DNA from: an uncultured Gemmatimonadales bacterium
GTDB taxonomy: Bacteria; Gemmatimonadota; Gemmatimonadetes; Longimicrobiales; Longimicrobiaceae
Assembly (NCBI GenBank): GCA_963716255.1
Contig: OY970303.1
Span: 3,360,001-3,424,000 of the forward strand
DNA: 64,000 nucleotides
Direction: 5' to 3'
Each line of letters opens with the position of its first letter. Positions within the stretch are counted from its first letter, which is position 1. Positions 1-7,366 of this stretch are shown here, piece by piece. The notes beneath the pieces were generated by a model. The model saw only the letters and a program-made list of their open reading frames with translations. It was not told where the DNA came from and made no database searches. Position numbers and translations under genes: made by a program.

Positions 1-451
1 TCGCCGTCCCTTCCCCGTCGGCGCCGCGCGCGGCCAGGTCGCCCAGCAGCCCGATCAGCCGGCGGCGGTGCTCGCGCGTGTCGCGGCGGCGGATCCGCTC
101 GCGCGCCCGGCCGAACGCCCGGTGGAAGCGGCCGGGGTCGAAGGGCTTGAGGAGGTAGTCCAGGGCGTGCACCTCGAAGGCGCGCAGGGCGTAGCGGTCG
201 TACGCGGTGACGAACACCACGTACGGCACGGCGTCGGCGCCCAGCGCGTCCAGCACGCCGAAGCCGTCGCGCCCGGGCATCTGCACGTCCAGCAGCAGGA
301 GGTCGGGCGCGAGGGTGCGCACGGCCTCCACGGCCTCGTCGCCGGTGGCCGCGGAGCCCACCACCTCGGCGTCCGGCTCCCCGCGGAGCAGGCGCAGCAC
401 GCGGCGGCGGGCCAGCGGCTCGTCATCGACCACCAGTGAACGGATCGCCAT
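1..451 (-). CDS. LytTR/AlgR-type response regulator, N-terminal receiver (runs off window start)
   Basis: Translates MAIRSLVVDDEPLARRRV...LLLDVQMPGRDGF...FVTAYDRYALRAFEVHALDYLLKPFD, a canonical receiver of the LytTR family; GGAG RBS upstream; next to a LytS-type kinase. Confidence 0.9.
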   Translation of the reverse strand, partial: MAIRSLVVDDEPLARRRVLRLLRGEPDAEVVGSAATGDEAVEAVRTLAPDLLLLDVQMPGRDGFGVLDALGADAVPYVVFVTAYDRYALRAFEVHALDYLLKPFDPGRFHRAFGRARERIRRRDTREHRRRLIGLLGDLAARGADGEGTA

Positions 452-1625
452 CGCTCGCTCCTCCGGGTTCGGCGCGCCCCCATCCCCCGTCCGCGGCCGC
501 GTGCGCCGGCTCGCCGTCGGCGGGGGCGAGCCGCAGCGGCAGCGTCACCGTGGCGGACACGCCGCCCCCCGGCGCGCCGCGCACTTCGAAGCGGTGCTCG
601 GCGCCGTACAGCTGGCGCAGCCGGGCGCGGGTGTTCCCCAGCCCCACGCGCTCGCGAACCGCCCCCCCGGCGGGGAGGCCGCCGCCGTCGTCGCGCACCT
701 CCAGCCGCAGCCGCCCGTCCTCGCGCCCGGCGGACACGTCGATGCTCCCGGGCCCGGCGCGCTCGCCGATGCCGTGGCGGATGGCGTTCTCCACCAGCGG
801 CTGCAGGAGCAGGTTGGGGACGCGGGCGTCCAGCGTGTCGGGGTCGATGTCCATGCGCACGGACAGGCGGTCGCGGAAGCGCGCCTGCTCGATCTCCAGG
901 TAGGCCCGCAGGAAGTCCAGCTCGCGCCGCAGCGTCACCTCCTGCGCGCCGGCGTTGTCCACGCTCAGGCGCAGCAGGTCGCCCAGCCGCACGATCATGC
1001 GCTCGGCGGCGTCGGGGCTCTCGTGGACCAGCTCGGAGATGGTGTTCAGGGTGTTGAAGAGGAAGTGCGGCTGGATCTGCGAGCGGAGCGCCTCCAGCTG
1101 GGCCCGCGCGAGCTGCGCCTCCAGCCGGGAGGCGTGGAGCTCGCGGTCGCGGTACTTGCGGTAGTACTCCCAGGCGTAGCGCATCCCCACGATGATCCAG
1201 TACCACTGCACGTTCCAGTGGAAGGTCGCGGCGAAGTACGACCCGAACCGCACCGTCTTCGCCGGCCACAGGAGCTGCGCCACCTCCACGTTGGCGGCGA
1301 CGCTGGCGGTGGCGAACCCGGCGCAGGCGGCCAGGTGCACGAGGAGCGAGCGCAGCCGCGTCCCCCGGTCGAAGCGGAAGCGCCCCGCCACCCACAGGAT
1401 CCCGGGGGTGAGCAGCGCCCACACGTACGCGTCGGTGAAGTTGGCGACGAGCCCGCGGGCGTCGGCCGGGCTGCCGGTGGCGAGCGCGCTGAGGTAGGGG
1501 CGGGTGCCGTAGAACAGCCCCACCAGCGTCCAGCACGCCAGGATGAACGCGAGAAGGGCGCGGCGCTTCTGGAGGAAGTGCCGCGCCGGGCCGGGCGGGT
1601 GGGGAGGGGTGCCGGGTGCGCTCAT
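423..1625 (-). CDS. LytS/YehU-type membrane sensor histidine kinase
   Basis: N-terminal TM helices, then LRSQIQPHFLFNTLNTI (His_kinase H-box), LLQPLVENAIRHG, DDGGG, GLGNTRARL; start taken at MSAPGT. Confidence 0.92.
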   Translation of the reverse strand: MSAPGTPPHPPGPARHFLQKRRALLAFILACWTLVGLFYGTRPYLSALATGSPADARGLVANFTDAYVWALLTPGILWVAGRFRFDRGTRLRSLLVHLAACAGFATASVAANVEVAQLLWPAKTVRFGSYFAATFHWNVQWYWIIVGMRYAWEYYRKYRDRELHASRLEAQLARAQLEALRSQIQPHFLFNTLNTISELVHESPDAAERMIVRLGDLLRLSVDNAGAQEVTLRRELDFLRAYLEIEQARFRDRLSVRMDIDPDTLDARVPNLLLQPLVENAIRHGIGERAGPGSIDVSAGREDGRLRLEVRDDGGGLPAGGAVRERVGLGNTRARLRQLYGAEHRFEVRGAPGGGVSATVTLPLRLAPADGEPAHAAADGGWGRAEPGGASDGDPFTGGR

Positions 1626-1780
1626 GCCGTCCTGGGGGTGGGGACCGGGCTGCACTCCCAAGCTCGGGGAAGCGGCGGCGGGCCGCCACGCGGGGGGGAC
1701 GAGGCGTGCCCCCGCGGGGCGGGCGGTGCACGGCGGGGGCGGACCGCGGGCCCGGGACGGCCCCGGGCTCCAGGGCCGGC

Positions 1781-2575
1781 TTACATGTAGGTGGCGATGC
1801 GCGCCTGGAGGCGCTCCAGCCGGGCGCGGTAGCCGCGGCTCAGCCGCAGCTCGGCGCCGTCGGCCAGGGTGACGCGGTAGTCGCCGCCCGCGCCGGGGCG
1901 CAGCTCGCGGACGCGGTCCAGGTTGACGATGGCGGAGCGGTGCACGCGCAGGAACACGCCGGGGTCCAGCCGCGCCTCCAGCGCGCCCATGGTCTCGCGG
2001 ATCAGGTGCGTGCGCCCCGCGGCGTGCAGCTCGGCGTAGTTGCCCTCGGCGCCGATCCAGTCCACCTCGGCGGTGCGCACCAGGAGCACGCGGTCGCCGG
2101 AGCGCACCAGCAGCCGCTCCAGGTACCCGCCCGCGGGGGCGTCGTCCCGCGCCCTGGCCAGCCGGTCGAGCGCGGCCTGGAGCGCTTCCCGCTCGCGCTC
2201 GGCGTCCCGCTCCCCGGCGGCGGCGAGGGCGCGGCGGAACGCCACGCGGAAGCGGTCCGCGCCGAAGGGGTCCACCAGGCAGTCGAGCGCCTGCACGTCG
2301 AAGGCGCGCAGGGCGTGCTCGTCGCGCGTGCCCACCAGCACGGCGAGCGGGGCGGCGTCCGGCCCGGCTGCCTCCAGCACGGCGAAGCCGTCCAGGCCGG
2401 CGAGCTCCGCGTCCAGGAAGGCGACGTCGGGCCGCGCGGCGCGGATGTGCTCCAGCGCCGCGGGGCCGTCCGCGCACTCGGCCGCCAGCCGGGCTCCGGG
2501 CTCGTGCGACAGCAGGGAGCGGAGGCGCGCGCGCGTCTCCGGGCGGGTGGCGGCGATGAGCACGTCGAGGGGCAT
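1781..2575 (-). CDS. LytTR-domain response regulator with degenerate receiver
   Basis: C-terminal LytTR (WIGAEGNYAELH...FLRVHRSAIVNL...LSRGYR); receiver-like N-terminus starting MPLDVLIAATRPE. Confidence 0.88.
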   Translation of the reverse strand: MPLDVLIAATRPETRARLRSLLSHEPGARLAAECADGPAALEHIRAARPDVAFLDAELAGLDGFAVLEAAGPDAAPLAVLVGTRDEHALRAFDVQALDCLVDPFGADRFRVAFRRALAAAGERDAEREREALQAALDRLARARDDAPAGGYLERLLVRSGDRVLLVRTAEVDWIGAEGNYAELHAAGRTHLIRETMGALEARLDPGVFLRVHRSAIVNLDRVRELRPGAGGDYRVTLADGAELRLSRGYRARLERLQARIATYM

Positions 2576-2800
2576 CGGGCACCGCGGGCGTCGAGGGCGT
2601 GGAGGGGCGCCGGCGGAGGGCGCGGCGGGGCGGTTGCGGAGCTGCCGGTCCGCCGCCTTCTTTGACTCGCGCGGGACGCCGAAAGTTCGGCCGGCGCGGC
2701 ACCCGATCCGCCACGGCGTGCCGCGCCGCCTCGCAAGCGGCTGCACCGCCGCGCCTTGCGCGGGAGCGCGCGGGCCGACACCACACACCGGAGGGAGGAG

Positions 2801-3727
2801 ATGGCGATGGAGCTTCGCTACCACACGCTGGACGTGTTCACCGACCGCGTCTTCGGGGGCAACCCGCTGGCGGTGTTCCCCGACGGCCGCGGGGTGGGCG
2901 ACGCGGCGATGCAGCGGATCGCCCGGGAGCTGAACCTTTCTGAGACGGTGTTCGTGCTCCCGCCGGACGAGGCGGCGCACGCGCGCCGCCTGCGCATCTT
3001 CACGCCGGCCGCGGAGCTGCCCTTCGCGGGGCACCCCACGGTGGGGACGGCGTTCCTCCTGGCCGCGCTGGGCGAGGTGCCGCTGGCGGGCGACGAGACG
3101 CGGATCGTCTTCGAGGAGGGGGTGGGGCCGGTGCCGGTGCGGATCCTGGCGCGCGGGGGGACGCCCGTGTTCACGGAGCTGTCCGTGGCCCGGCTGCCGC
3201 AGGCGGGGCCGCCGCCGCCCACGCGGGCGGAGCTGGCGGCCATGCTGGGGCTGGCGGAGGACGACCTGCTGGACGGCGAGTGGGCGCCGGGCGGGGCGTC
3301 GTGCGGCGTCCCCTTCCTGTTCGTGCCGCTGCGCGACCGCGAGGCGCTGGGGCGGGCGCGGCTGGACCCGGCGCGCTGGGAGGCGCTGCTGGCCGGGTGG
3401 TGGGCGCCCAGCGTGTACCTGCTGTCGCTGGACCCGGAGCTCCCGGGCTCCCACGTGAGGGCGCGGATGTTCGCGCCGGCCATGGGGATCCCGGAGGACC
3501 CGGCCACGGGCGGGGCGGCCGCGGCGCTGCCCGGCTACCTGGCCGCGCGCTCGCCCCGGCGCGAGGGGACGCTGCGCTGGATGGTGGAGCAGGGGTTCGA
3601 GATGGGACGGCCCAGCATCCTCCACGTGGAGGCGGACGTGCGGGGCGGCGAGGTGGCGGCGGTGCGGGTGGGCGGCGCCTCGGTGCGCGTGGCGGACGGC
3701 GTGCTGCGGCTGCCGGACGGGGAGTAG
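2801..3727 (+). CDS. PhzF family phenazine-biosynthesis-like isomerase
   Basis: DVFTDRVFGGNPLAV, ELNLSETVF, RIFTPAAELPFAGHPTVG, EDPATG motifs; GGAGGAG RBS. Confidence 0.93.
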   Translation: MAMELRYHTLDVFTDRVFGGNPLAVFPDGRGVGDAAMQRIARELNLSETVFVLPPDEAAHARRLRIFTPAAELPFAGHPTVGTAFLLAALGEVPLAGDETRIVFEEGVGPVPVRILARGGTPVFTELSVARLPQAGPPPPTRAELAAMLGLAEDDLLDGEWAPGGASCGVPFLFVPLRDREALGRARLDPARWEALLAGWWAPSVYLLSLDPELPGSHVRARMFAPAMGIPEDPATGGAAAALPGYLAARSPRREGTLRWMVEQGFEMGRPSILHVEADVRGGEVAAVRVGGASVRVADGVLRLPDGE

Positions 3728-3756
3728 ACGCCCGTTGGACGGTTTCGACTGCGCAC

Positions 3757-3800
3757 TGTCTATACACTCTATTGACATCGACGCGCCGCCCAGGTACCGT
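3757..3800 (+). promoter_or_regulatory. sigma70-type promoter with overlapping imperfect inverted repeat (putative operator)
   Basis: TTGACA (3772-3777), 17 bp, TACCGT (3795-3800); TGTCTATA-N5-TATTGACA dyad (3757-3777) overlaps the -35; AT-rich patch in a GC-rich background. Confidence 0.65.
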
Positions 3801-3851
3801 TGGGAACGCCGCGCAGGGCGGCGCCACACGGCAGAGCACAGGAGGAAGGCC

Positions 3852-4613
3852 ATGCGCGTCGGCGACGTTTCGGTCCGGCTGGTGCCGGTGGGCGGCGGGG
3901 AGATGATCGAGGGTGAGGACGGGCGCGTGCTGGCGCGTCCGCGGCAGGTGTACGCCATCCACCTCGCCAACCACTCCGACCGGCGGGCGGTGGCGAAGGT
4001 GTCGCTGGACGGGCTGCCGGTGACGGAGGGGGGGCTGGTGCTGTCCCCGGGGGCCTCGACGACGCTGGAGCGTCCGGTGCAGGAGGGCGAGCATGGCCGC
4101 TTCACCGTGTTCCCGGAGGGAACGGAGGAGGTGTTCGGCGACGACGGCGGCCGCGGCAACCCCGACCTGGGGCTGGTGGAAGTGGAGTTCCGGCGCGAGC
4201 TGGAACCGCCGCCCGTCCCCGTCGCGGTCCCGCAGGTGCCCTCGCCGCCGCGGGTGCGCGAGTTCGACTTCCCGCCCGCGCCGCTCCCGGCGCCCCCGCC
4301 GGGGACGCCGCCCGCCGCGCCGGCGCGCCCCTCCACGATTCCGCAGATCTGGTCGTCGGCGTCGACGCCGCCGATGCAGGCGCCGCCCGCGCCGGCGGCC
4401 TTCCGCGAGAGCGACGTGGGCTCCGCGGCGGGGACGGGGCTCACCGGCCACTCCGGGCAGAGCTTCCATACGGTCCCCGTGGGCGCCCTGGAAGAGACCG
4501 CGACGCGGGTGGCGCTGCGCATCGTCATCGGCACGCCGGAGGCGTTCGGCCGCGCGCGCCCTCTCCCCGGCGTGGAGCGGCCGGTGCCGCCGCGTCCCGA
4601 GCCCCGCCCATGA
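3852..4613 (+). CDS. hypothetical protein, beta-rich N-terminal domain plus Pro-rich linker
   Basis: GGAGG RBS, ATG at 3852, host-like codon usage, ATGA overlap with the next gene. Confidence 0.75.
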   Translation: MRVGDVSVRLVPVGGGEMIEGEDGRVLARPRQVYAIHLANHSDRRAVAKVSLDGLPVTEGGLVLSPGASTTLERPVQEGEHGRFTVFPEGTEEVFGDDGGRGNPDLGLVEVEFRRELEPPPVPVAVPQVPSPPRVREFDFPPAPLPAPPPGTPPAAPARPSTIPQIWSSASTPPMQAPPAPAAFRESDVGSAAGTGLTGHSGQSFHTVPVGALEETATRVALRIVIGTPEAFGRARPLPGVERPVPPRPEPRP

Positions 4614-5230
4614 GCGGGCGGCGCGTGGAGGAGGCGCTCGGCGCGCTCCTGCCTGGAGGGGCGCAGGCGCTGCACATCGAGCAGGTGGTGGAGCGCACCC
4701 GGCTGCTCCTGGCGCGGCTGGGCGTCGCGCCCGGGGTGTGGGAGGACCGCCTCGGCGTGCGCACGGTGCGCTACTACCGCACCAAGGGGATCGTCTCCGC
4801 TCCCTCCGGCGACGGGCCCAACGCGCGCTACGGCCGCCGCCACGTGCTGGAGGCGGCGACCGCGCGGCTCGCCGGGCACCTGCACCATCTCAGCCTTGCC
4901 GACGCGGCGGAGCGCATCGCGTCGCTGGACGAGGCGGGGCTCGCCGCGCTGCTGGGCGAACTGGTGGAGCGGGAGGCGGAGGACAGCGCCGCCCGGGCGC
5001 TCCCCGCCGCCGAGGTCCCCCGGCCCCTCCCCCGGCCCGCGCCGCTCCCGGCCGCCGCCGTGGAGGGCGCGCCGCCCCTCGTCCGCGCGGCGGCGAGCGT
5101 CACCCTTCACCTGCCCCACGGCGCGCTCCTGGTGCTCCCGGGTGATCACCCGGCGCTGGCCCGCTCCCCCGCCGCCCAGGTGGGGCGGGAGGTGGCGGGG
5201 CTGCTGGAGGGGAAAGGACCGCCGGCCTGA
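4610..5230 (+). CDS. MerR-type HTH transcriptional regulator
   Basis: VRTVRYYRTKGIVSAP..G.NARYGRRHV...LSLADAAERI is a MerR-like winged HTH. Confidence 0.8.
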   Translation: MSGRRVEEALGALLPGGAQALHIEQVVERTRLLLARLGVAPGVWEDRLGVRTVRYYRTKGIVSAPSGDGPNARYGRRHVLEAATARLAGHLHHLSLADAAERIASLDEAGLAALLGELVEREAEDSAARALPAAEVPRPLPRPAPLPAAAVEGAPPLVRAAASVTLHLPHGALLVLPGDHPALARSPAAQVGREVAGLLEGKGPPA

Positions 5231-5440
5231 CCCGGCGCCGGCCACGCGGAGGCGGAGTCTTGCAAACCCAAGGGAAACAACGTCTTCCGGGTGTCACCCG
5301 AAACGAGTTCGGCCGCCCCCGAAGCAGGACACCCGCGGCCCGCTCCCATCCGCGCCGCGAGCCGCTCCCTTCCCGGAAATCGGAAGCCGTCCCCCGAAAA
5401 TCCCGCTATCTCGTTCGTCTGCAAGCACATGCGGGAGGAC

Positions 5441-5456
5441 GGGCACCGCTTTTGCC
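5441..5456 (+). promoter_or_regulatory. putative sigma54 (-24/-12) promoter
   Basis: GGCAC-cgctt-TTGC, with GG at 5442-5443 and GC at 5454-5455 (correct spacing), ~60 bp upstream of the ATG at 5517. Confidence 0.5.
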
Positions 5457-5516
5457 TGTCCCGTGGCAAAGAGTCTCCGGCTTCGGGGAGACGTAACCTT
5501 TGTTCGGGAGCCCAAC

Positions 5517-6164
5517 ATGAGCCTGCTTTCTCTCGGCCGACGCGGCGTGGCCCTCGCCGCGGTCCTGGCCGCTTCGGGTTGTGCCGGCGGCGGTCTCGGT
5601 GGCCTCGGCGGACTCGGCGACATCCTGGCGGGCGCGGCGGGGCTGCCCGGGTCGGGCCAGCAGCAGGGCCAGGGCCAGGTCGTCGCGGAGATCCAGGGGC
5701 TGGACACGCAGCGGCAGCTCATCCAGGTGCGCACCCAGGACGGCCAGACGGGGTCGGTCCAGTACGACCAGAACACCGTGGTCGTGTACCAGCAGCGGCA
5801 GTACGAGGTGAACAACCTGGAGCGCGGCGACGTGGTCGCCATCCAGGTGCGGCAGACCGGCCAGGGGAGCGCCTACGCGAGCCGCATCGACGTGCAGCAG
5901 AGCGTGCAGGAGCGCACCGGCCAGAGCGGCGCAGTCGGCACGGGGCAGGTGCAGCAGTTCACCGGCCGGGTGGGGCAGGTGGACTACCAGCGGGGGACGT
6001 TCCAGCTCCAGACCTCGTACAGCGGCAACGTGGTGGTGACGCTGCCGTACAACCCGTCCACCACCACGGTCAACCAGTTCAACCGCCTGCGCAGCGGCGA
6101 CTCGGTGCGGCTGGAGGGGACGCAGGTCGGCAACGGGCGGGTGGAGCTGTACCGCTTCTACTGA
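5517..6164 (+). CDS. putative lipoprotein with two small OB-like/DUF5666-like beta domains
   Basis: Signal peptide with lipobox LAASG-C, Gly linker, two similar units ending L.RGDVV.I and LRSGDSVRL. Confidence 0.75.
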   Translation: MSLLSLGRRGVALAAVLAASGCAGGGLGGLGGLGDILAGAAGLPGSGQQQGQGQVVAEIQGLDTQRQLIQVRTQDGQTGSVQYDQNTVVVYQQRQYEVNNLERGDVVAIQVRQTGQGSAYASRIDVQQSVQERTGQSGAVGTGQVQQFTGRVGQVDYQRGTFQLQTSYSGNVVVTLPYNPSTTTVNQFNRLRSGDSVRLEGTQVGNGRVELYRFY

Positions 6165-6195
6165 CGCGGCGGCCGTCGCCTCTTACATTGCTTTC

Positions 6196-6228
6196 ACCGG
6201 CCCCGGCGGTTCCTCCGCCGGGGCCGGT
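6196..6228 (+). terminator. GC-rich hairpin downstream of lipoprotein gene (possible terminator)
   Basis: ACCGGCCCCGGCGG-ttcct-CCGCCGGGGCCGGT, perfect 14-bp stem; no clear U-tract. Confidence 0.45.
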
Positions 6229-6270
6229 CCGCCTGCGGCTTCCTCCCTCCCACCCGCGCGGCTCCCCGCC

Positions 6271-6936
6271 ATGATCGACCTCCGCACGCCCCTCTCGCTC
6301 CGCACCTCGTTCGGCTTTCCGCTCCAGTCGGCGCCCGCGCGCCGGGAGGTGCTGTGGGGCGCTGCGCTGCTGGTGCTGCTGCCCGGCGTGGGGTGGCTGC
6401 TGAACATGGGCCACCGCATCGTCATGGTTCACCACATGCTGCACGGGCGGCCCGCCTGGCCGGCGTGGCGCGGCTACGGCGGGCTCCTGCGGCACGGGCT
6501 GGTCACCTTCGCGGGGATGCTCTACTACTACCTCCCGGCCGCGCTGCTGGGCGCGCTCGCGTGGCGGAGCGGGTCGCCCGCGTGGGCGGCGGGCGCGGCG
6601 GCGCTCGCGGCGCTCGCCACGGTGGCGATCCCCGGGTACATGACGCACTACTGCGTGGCGTTCGACGCGCGGGAGATCTTCGACCCGGTGCGGGCGCTGT
6701 CGCGGGTGCGGCAGGGCGGGCGCGCCTACTGGCGCGCCTGGGGGATCGCGCTCGCGGCGCTGGCGCTGTCGTTCGCGGGGCTGCTGGCGCTGGGGGTGGG
6801 CTTCCTGGCCAGCAGCGTGTGGTTCTGGCAGGTGGCCGGGTTCAGCTTCGCCAGCGTGTTCGCGCGGCAGGCGCGGGACCGCGCGGCCGCGCCCCCGCTC
6901 ACCCCGGCGGCGGCGCCAGGGGAAGCCGGAGCCTGA
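6271..6936 (+). CDS. DUF4013-like integral membrane protein
   Basis: Four hydrophobic segments; LRTSFGFP...LLPGVGWLLNMG...WPAW..YGGLLRHGL pattern. Confidence 0.7.
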   Translation: MIDLRTPLSLRTSFGFPLQSAPARREVLWGAALLVLLPGVGWLLNMGHRIVMVHHMLHGRPAWPAWRGYGGLLRHGLVTFAGMLYYYLPAALLGALAWRSGSPAWAAGAAALAALATVAIPGYMTHYCVAFDAREIFDPVRALSRVRQGGRAYWRAWGIALAALALSFAGLLALGVGFLASSVWFWQVAGFSFASVFARQARDRAAAPPLTPAAAPGEAGA

Positions 6937-7030
6937 AGGCGCTTCCCTCGCCGGGGGCGCTGGCGACGGTCAGCTCCCCGCCCATGGCGCGGGCCAGGTC
7001 GCGGCTGATTGTCGGCGCCCCGGCCCGGGC
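6899..7030 (-). pseudogene. remnant of a histidine kinase HATPase_c C-terminus
   Basis: Minus strand 7009-6899 reads ISRDLARAMGGELTVASAPGEGSAFRLRLPLAPPPG*; in-frame stop at 7031-7033 upstream and no full gene. Confidence 0.65.
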
Positions 7031-7091
7031 CTAGATTGCCCGTCCCGGCGAGCGCCCTCGCCGCGGTCCATCCCCACCGAAAGGCCCCGCC

Positions 7092-7352
7092 ATGAAGATC
7101 CCCGCCGACTGGCTGACGCAGAAGGCCGGCAACCAGCCCACCGCCGATCACCGCGGCCTCCCCGACATGGCGGCGCTGCGCATTCGCAGGGACTGGCAGA
7201 AGCTCAAGGCGCAGGCGCAGGAGGGCGACGAGGTGTGGGCGTTCGCGAACCCGTCCAACACCTGGAAGAAGCTGGGCAGGCAGACGGGCTACGCCATCGT
7301 GCGCGACGGAAAGATCGTGCAGAGCGTGGTGGTGACGAACACGTACGCCTGA
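7092..7352 (+). CDS. small hypothetical protein (86 aa)
   Basis: ATG with AAGG upstream, strong GC3 bias, globular composition (WQKLKAQAQEGDEVWAF...W..LG...GYAIVRDGKIV). Confidence 0.75.
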   Translation: MKIPADWLTQKAGNQPTADHRGLPDMAALRIRRDWQKLKAQAQEGDEVWAFANPSNTWKKLGRQTGYAIVRDGKIVQSVVVTNTYA

Positions 7353-7366
7353 GCGGAGGGGAGCCG

